Positions 58,711-64,000 of a DNA stretch of 64,000 nt are shown one piece after another. Source of the stretch: the human T2T-CHM13v2.0 reference genome, Homo sapiens. The translations under genes and the position numbers were made by a program. The stretch is from assembly GCA_009914755.4 (NCBI GenBank), contig CP068257.2, positions 12,928,001 through 12,992,000 of the forward strand. Reading direction: 5' to 3'. Under the pieces are notes generated by a model. The model saw only the letters and a program-made list of their open reading frames with translations. It ran no database searches and had not been told where the DNA came from. Position 1 is the first letter of the stretch; the number at the start of each line of letters is the position of its first letter.

Positions 58711-58970
58711 TGTTTGTTTGTTTGTTTTTTTCTTTGAAACAGAGTCTTGCTCCATCACCCAGGCTTTCTGGGTTCAAGCGATTCTCCTGCCTCAGCCTTC
58801 CGAGTAGCTGGGATTACAGGTGCCCACCACCACACCCGGCAATTTTTTGTATTTTTAATAGAGACAGGGTTCACCATATTGGCCAGACTGGTCTCAAACT
58901 CCTGACTTTGTGATCTGCCCACCTCCACCTCCCAAAGTGCTGGGATTACAGGCGTAAGCCACCATGCCCC
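58711..58970 (-). mobile_element. Alu element, minus orientation, with an internal deletion and a (TTTG)n / T-rich tail. It is flanked by a roughly 12-bp TSD aag[g/a]tgggattt
   Basis: tttgtttgtttgtttgtttttttctttgaaacagagtcttgctccatcacccaggctttctgggttcaagcgattctcctgcctcagccttccgagtagctgggattacaggtgcccaccaccacacccggcaattttttgtatttttaatagagacagggttcaccatattggccagactggtctcaaactcctgactttgtgatctgcccacctccacctcccaaagtgctgggattacaggcgtaagccaccatgcccc. Before it comes aaggtgggattt; after it comes aagatgggattt. Confidence 0.88.
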
Positions 58971-59211
58971 ACCCAAGATGGGATTTTTATAATGTTTGTT
59001 TGACTTCCTCCCCCCAATTTTGTGCTTCTAATTACTGTATTGCATTATTTTTAGGAATTCCTCCTGGGGATTCTTACAGATGTTAGGCTTGATACTTATA
59101 AATCAGAATTTAATCACCATTACTTATGTTACTCTCTAGATATTTTGAATATATATTTTCTTGCTGAAGTGGACATCTGTCTTTCATTGATCTGAAAATC
59201 AATGTGTAGAA

Positions 59212-59290
59212 GAAGGAATAAGAAGAGGAAGAGAAGAAAAAAGAGAAGTAGGAAGAAGGAAGGAAGGAAGGAAGGAAGGGAAGGAAAAAA
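59212..59290. repeat. Purine-rich tract with a (GGAA)n microsatellite core (about 59253-59285)
   Basis: agaagaggaagagaagaaaaaagagaagtaggaagaaggaaggaaggaaggaaggaagggaaggaaaaaa. Confidence 0.9.
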
Positions 59291-59720
59291 ACTCATCTAA
59301 CTTCTCTTGCTACTAGAATAAGATATGCTGTTTAGGTCACATCTATCACAGATGCTAACTTAAGACACTGATACAAAACCTGACTAACATAGGGAAACAG
59401 CAAGGTGTGTGCATCTATTTTTAATGTCACAAACTTCAGTGGAGAGAGTGGTTCTGGATCCAGCCATTGTGGTAGTAGCTGCTTGATTTGGCCACTTCCT
59501 AACTGTGATAGAAGCAGCAGCAATCTTTGGTGGCTGGTTTATACTGTGCCTTCTCGGTGTAATCCCTGCAAACTTAGAGTATGTGTTTTGAGTTCCCAAT
59601 AATTCTGGGCTCTCTATAACCTGTAGTATATTCCTTTCTGCTTAAATTGACTAGCATTCATTTGTATATCTGCAAATAACCCTGATCAGTATCTTGTCAC
59701 ATTAATTTTAGTTCCCGTAT

Positions 59721-59915
59721 TAGTTATGTATTGTGCAACAATAAATTGTGCACAAATTTATACAAATAATTGTGTATTATTTGTATAATTGTAATACAAA
59801 TAATTGCATTTGCATAATTGTATTTGTATAATTATTTGTATAATTGTAATACAAATAATATTGTAATACAAATAATTGTGTATTATTTATTGTGCAACAG
59901 TAAATTGTGCAACAA
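59721..59915. repeat. AT-rich complex repeat built from mutually reverse-complementary units (tacaaataatt / aattatttgta, ttgtataattgtaatacaaataa). It is bounded by direct repeats attgtgcaacaataaattgtgcacaaa ... attgtgcaacagtaaattgtgcaacaaa
   Basis: tattagttatgtattgtgcaacaataaattgtgcacaaatttatacaaataattgtgtattatttgtataattgtaatacaaataattgcatttgcataattgtatttgtataattatttgtataattgtaatacaaataatattgtaatacaaataattgtgtattatttattgtgcaacagtaaattgtgcaacaaa. Confidence 0.8.
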
Positions 59916-59944
59916 ATTACTCCCAAATTTAATGGCTTAAAAAA

Positions 59945-60485
59945 TACATGTTTATTATCTCAGAGTTTCTGTGGGTTAAGAATATGGGCCTGACTTAGAT
60001 GGGTTCTCTGTTCCATGGTCACTCACAGGATTGTAATCAACTGTGGGCCCAAAGGTTTAAGGTTTCATCTGAAGGTTCAGCTAGGGAAAGGATTCTCCTT
60101 TAATTTTACTCAGTGATCGTTGGCAGCATTCAATTTCCTGAAGGCTGTTGGGCTGGAGGCCTTACTTTATTGTTGGCTATAGACTGAATGCCTTTCCTAG
60201 TTCCTTATCATGCAGGTCTCTTCCACATGGAATCTGGCTTCATTATAGTGTGCAAAACAAGAAGGCAACAGAGGCAGTCTGCTAGCCCGTCTTTTGTACC
60301 CTAATCACAAAAGTGACTTCCTGTCACCTTTGCCCTACTCTATTGGAATCAAGTAACATGCAAGGATGAAGATTACACAAGGACATAAATACCAAAAGTC
60401 AGATGTTATGGTTAATTTATTTTATGTGTCAACATGGCTAGGCCACAGTACCCAGATATTTAGTGAAACACCAGTCTAGATGTTG
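59945..60485 (+). mobile_element. Ancient interspersed repeat of uncertain class. I recognise the ttattatctcagagtttctgtgggt...caactgtgggcccaaaggtttaaggtttcatctgaaggttcagctagggaaaggattc... pattern as a common mammalian repeat family but cannot name it reliably
   Basis: From memory it resembles a widespread mammalian consensus (…tttattatctcacagttctgtgggtcaggaatctgg…ggctgcaatcaaggtgtcagccgggctg…tggaggctcaactggggaagaatc…). The family is not confidently assigned. Confidence 0.3.
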
Positions 60486-60518
<33 letters not shown>

Positions 60519-60530
60519 TACACACACACA
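60486..60530. repeat. Compound microsatellite (CT)n(CA)n
   Basis: ctctctctctctctctctacacacacacatacacacacacagacacc. Confidence 0.95.
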
Positions 60531-61387
60531 GACACCATGCACACCCTATTACTTCTGTTTCTCTAGAGAACCCTGATTAATACAGTGGTGTTCACTGAGG
60601 TCCTTTTAAAATTTTGCCTTCTGCACTACCAAAAGGAAAGTAATAGAGTTTAATGTTGGACAACGCTCCACTCCAGAAAAATCTTAAATGTATTTATGGA
60701 GCCATTTTAGTGCAGCATGGGGCCTTAAAAAACATCTGGTCTAACTCTGTTAGTTTATAGAGGTAAAAACTGGGTTCTGGATTGGGTAATGACTTAATCA
60801 AGTTCTATTTAGGAACCAAGCCAGAAGGAGAACTCAGTTTTCCATTTTAATGCTCTTACTATTGTCTGATAAGTTATCCCAAGTTGAAAGTGGAGAATTA
60901 TGCCTGGTGGCCTAATATGATTATAGTAGAGGAAAATCTTCATGGACAAATGGAGCAGGGTAGTTCTACCCTTCAGTTGTTCTTCCCATAATGGGCAATG
61001 GTTTTGTGCTGGTGCCCTCTATCCTTCAGCCGAGACTCCCTAATGGTCAATAGCGTGCATATCCAAGTCAGTTATCTGAGGTCATGGATGCTGCCTTTGG
61101 CTATGAAATAGAACAAAACTAACTAGCCATGAGGGGATTAACTCCTGACCTTGGCCTCATTAGTGCTGAGCTCTAACCAACTGTTGGACACATATCATAT
61201 TGTTTGTCTTTAAAACTATGCTTGAATCTGCTATATTACTTTCTCATTAATATCTAGTAGCTGGGAATAATTTAATGGATTTTTCCAGTGCTTTTTATCA
61301 GTACAAAATGCTGATGAGTAAGTGTATAAAAAATTAAACTTGATTTTTAAAATATTTAATTTTATTATTATCATTATCCCTATTTTA

Positions 61388-62672
61388 CAAACGGTGCTGG
61401 GAAAACTGGCTAGCCATATGCAGAAAACTGAAACTGGACCCCTTCCTTATACCTTATACAAAAATTAACTCAAGATGGATTAAAGACTTAAATTTAAAAC
61501 CCAAAACTATAAAAAAAACCCTAGAAGAAAACGTAGGCAATACCATTCAGGACGTAGGTACAGGAAAAGATTTTACGATGAAATCACCAAAAGCAATTGC
61601 AACAAAAGCTAAAATTGACAAATGGGATCTAATTAAACTAAAGAGCTTCTGCACAGAAAAAGAAACTATCATCAGAATGAACAGGCAATCTACAGAATGG
61701 GAGAAAATTTTTGCAATCTACCATGTGACAAAGGTCTAGTATCCAGAATTTACAAGGAACTTAAACAAATTTCCAAGAAAAAAAAATAAACAGCCCCATC
61801 AAAAAGTAGGCAAAGGAGATGAACAGATACTTCTCAAAAGAAGACATTTATGCAGCCAACAAACATGAAGAAAGGCTCAACATCACTGATCATTAGAGAA
61901 ATGCAAATCAAAACCACAATGAGATACCATCTCACACCAGTCAGATGGTGATTATTAAAAAGTCAAGAAAAAACAGATGCTGGCGAGGATGTGGAGAAAT
62001 AGAAAGGTTTTTACACTGTTAGTGGGAATGTGAATCAGTTCATCCACTGTGGAAGACAGTGTGGTGATACCTCAAGGATCTGGAACCAGAAATACCATTT
62101 GACCCGGAAATACAATTTGACCCATATATCCCGTTACTGGGTATATACCCAAAGGAATATAAATCATTCTGTTATAAAGATACATGGACACTTACGTTTA
62201 TTACAGCACTATTCACAATAGCAAAGACATGGAACCAACCTAAATGTCCATCAATGATAGACTGGAAAAGAAAATGTGGTACATATACACCATGAAATAC
62301 TATGTGGCCATAAAGAGGAATGAGATCATGTCCTTTGCAGGGACATGGGTGAAGCTGGAAGCCATTATCCTCAGCAAACTAACACAGGAACAGAAGACCA
62401 AACATCACATGTTCTCACTCATAAGTGGGAGTTGAACAATGAGAACACATGGACACAGGGAGGGGAACAACACACACCAGGGACTGTTAGGGGGCAATGA
62501 CGAGGGGAGGGATAGCATTAGGACAAACACCTAATGTATGCGGGGCTTAAAACTTAGATGATGGGTTGATAGGTGCTGCAAAACACCATGACACGCATAT
62601 ACCTATGTAACAACCCTGCATGTCCTGCACATGTATCCCAGAACTTAAAGTGAAAAAAATTTAAAAGGAAAA
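61388..62672 (+). mobile_element. L1 5'-truncated 3' fragment (ORF2 C-terminal region plus 3'UTR), plus orientation, older and more diverged than the full-length copy. It has a small internal duplication (gaaataccatttgacccggaaatacaatttgaccc)
   Basis: aaacggtgctgggaaaactggctagccatatgcagaaaactgaaactggaccccttccttataccttatacaaaaattaactcaagatggattaaagacttaaat...agagaaatgcaaatcaaaaccacaatgagataccatctcacaccagtcag...ccgttactgggtatatacccaaaggaatataaatcattc...ctcactcataagtgggagttgaacaatgagaacacatggacacagggaggggaacaacacacaccaggg...aacaaccctgcatgtcctgcacatgtatcccagaacttaaagtgaaaaaaa. Confidence 0.93.
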
Positions 62673-63130
62673 GAAAACCCTGAAATATGAATTAGTAGGT
62701 GAAAAAATACCACTATAATAGATGTTCTTGTTTACAGCTGTCTACATTTGGTGGGAAATCTAAGGCTGAGTTGTCAAACACTCCACTATACCTAGGTGTC
62801 TGAGGCAATTTGTGGAGATTAAAATCTTGGGTTTTCTAATGCGCATCAACAGTAAATCCTGTTGCTTCTTCTTGTCCAGTAAAAATCAATACTTTTAGAT
62901 AAGAAGCATTGATTGCAAATTATTTTAAGCAGTTATTTTAAAATAACATCCAAGATTAAGTGAGAGTTTGACTTAAAGTCATTTAATCAAGGATACTAAA
63001 TTAAAAGATTACTCTGCCCGGGTGTGGTGGTTTGCAGAAGGAAAGGCAATGATCATTAACATGCACCATGCCAGGTGCTTAAAGAGGGTTACAACAACAT
63101 TTGATGCTCGCTGCAAACCAAGAGACAGAA

Positions 63131-63382
63131 TTTATTATTATTATTATTATTATACTTCAAGTTCTAGGGTACATGTGCACAACGTTGTATACATGTGCCA
63201 TGTTGGTTTGCTGCACCCATCAGCTCATCATTTACATTTGGTATTTCTCCTAATGCTATCCCTCCCCCAGTCCCCCACCCCACAACAGGCCCTGGTGTGT
63301 GATGTTCCCTGCCCTGTGTCCAAGTGTTCTCATTGTTTAATTCCCACCTATGAGTGAGAACATGCAGTGTTTTGGATTTCTG
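63131..63382 (-). mobile_element. Short (about 250 bp) 5'-truncated L1 3'UTR insertion, minus orientation. It has a (TTA)n tail (63132-63153) and a 12-bp TSD caagagaca[g/t]aa at 63119-63130 and 63383-63394
   Basis: tttattattattattattattatacttcaagttctagggtacatgtgcacaacgttgtatacatgtgccatgttggtttgctgcacccatcagctcatcatttacatttggtatttctcctaatgctatccctcccccagtcccccacccc...ttcccacctatgagtgagaacatgcagtgttttggatttctg is flanked by ccaagagacagaa on one side and gcaagagacataa on the other. Confidence 0.9.
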
Positions 63383-63869
63383 CAAGAGACATAAATTTTT
63401 ATTCATATTCTATTGCTCAGAAAACTTAGGGTCAGAGAAATTCAATCACATTCCCAAAGACACCGTTCCCAGTCTGAGAGCAGAAATAAAATGTAAGTCT
63501 ATTCACCCATCTCAAGTTCTTTTCACTGTGTTCTCTAGATATCAGAACATATTTAGCACATGTATTATAAGGTTGGGTTATTTTTCCTACCATCGTTCCC
63601 TCTTCCTCACTTCTCATCTCCCAAAAAGACACTCTTCTAATCAACCCCTCTTAATCTCTCTCACTCTTGTGTACACGTGCATGCACATAACTCCTCACCC
63701 CACTGCCACCGCACACACTTGTGGCAGAGAGACCAAAAAACAGGACTACTACTTGGGATCCAGAACTCCAGCCTAGACTCCATCTGTCACTGCAGTCAAG
63801 TCACTAATCTCATCTTCCTCATTGGTAAATGGATGTGTTTCCTATAATTTTATCTCTAAGGATATAACT

Positions 63870-64000
63870 GGCCAGGCATGGTGGCTCAAGCTTGTAATAC
63901 CAGCACTTTAGGAGGTCGAGGCAGGCGGATCACGAGGTAACAAGATCAGGAGATTGAGACCATCCTGGCCAACATGGTGAAACCCTGTCTCTATTAAAAT
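63870..64000 (+). mobile_element. Alu element, plus orientation, truncated by the window end
   Basis: ggccaggcatggtggctcaagcttgtaataccagcactttaggaggtcgaggcaggcggatcacgaggtaacaagatcaggagattgagaccatcctggccaacatggtgaaaccctgtctctattaaaat. Confidence 0.92.

Noticed and set aside
63019-63045. Alu-like start gcccgggtgtggtggtttgcag
   Set aside because: The match is only about 15 nt and no Alu body follows. It is a chance match or a tiny relic.

Overview
This window is primate (almost certainly human or great-ape) nuclear DNA, not a prokaryotic or viral locus. It is AT-rich and packed with primate-specific interspersed repeats. I could align at least a quarter of it by eye to Alu, L1, MIR, MaLR/ERV LTR and simple-repeat families; the unassigned remainder I did not examine base by base. 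The repeats I found are:
- at least 12 Alu copies in both orientations, with poly-A or poly-T tails;
- a full-length but dead L1PA element (about 6.1 kb, 48465-54595, + strand) with 5'UTR, ORF1 and ORF2 remnants;
- three further 5'-truncated L1 3' ends;
- MaLR LTRs, including a nested LTR-in-LTR insertion with an intact 5-bp target-site duplication (TSD);
- an ERVK-type LTR with an internal tandem duplication;
- four MIR fragments;
- several microsatellites: (TA)n, (GT)n, (GGAA)n, (TTTA)n and (CT)n(CA)n.

There is no CRISPR array, operon or defence-island-like system. The six-frame ORF track, which seems to accept bacterial-style alternative start codons, mostly reports ORFs lying inside Alu, L1 or LTR sequence.

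The most interesting non-repeat signal is a candidate, unrecognised minus-strand protein-coding gene fragment made of two pieces:
- exon A (11050..10957) has an ATG preceded by an in-frame stop, encodes 31 codons and ends at a consensus GTAAGT donor;
- exon B (9795..9443) is 353 nt, opens behind a strong polypyrimidine-CAG acceptor, has no stop in one frame, and ends at a perfect GG|GTAAGT donor;
- the splice phases of A and B are compatible.

The intron between them holds a short CpG-retaining patch with an Sp1-like GC box followed by a TATA-like box. Other curiosities are a 27-nt insertion carrying the first about 25 nt of U6 snRNA flanked by a 15-bp direct repeat inside one copy of a roughly 320-bp low-copy duplication, and an AT-rich palindromic repeat cluster. 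I have no database access, so all family assignments are from memory of consensus sequences, and all coordinates are approximate to a few bp.
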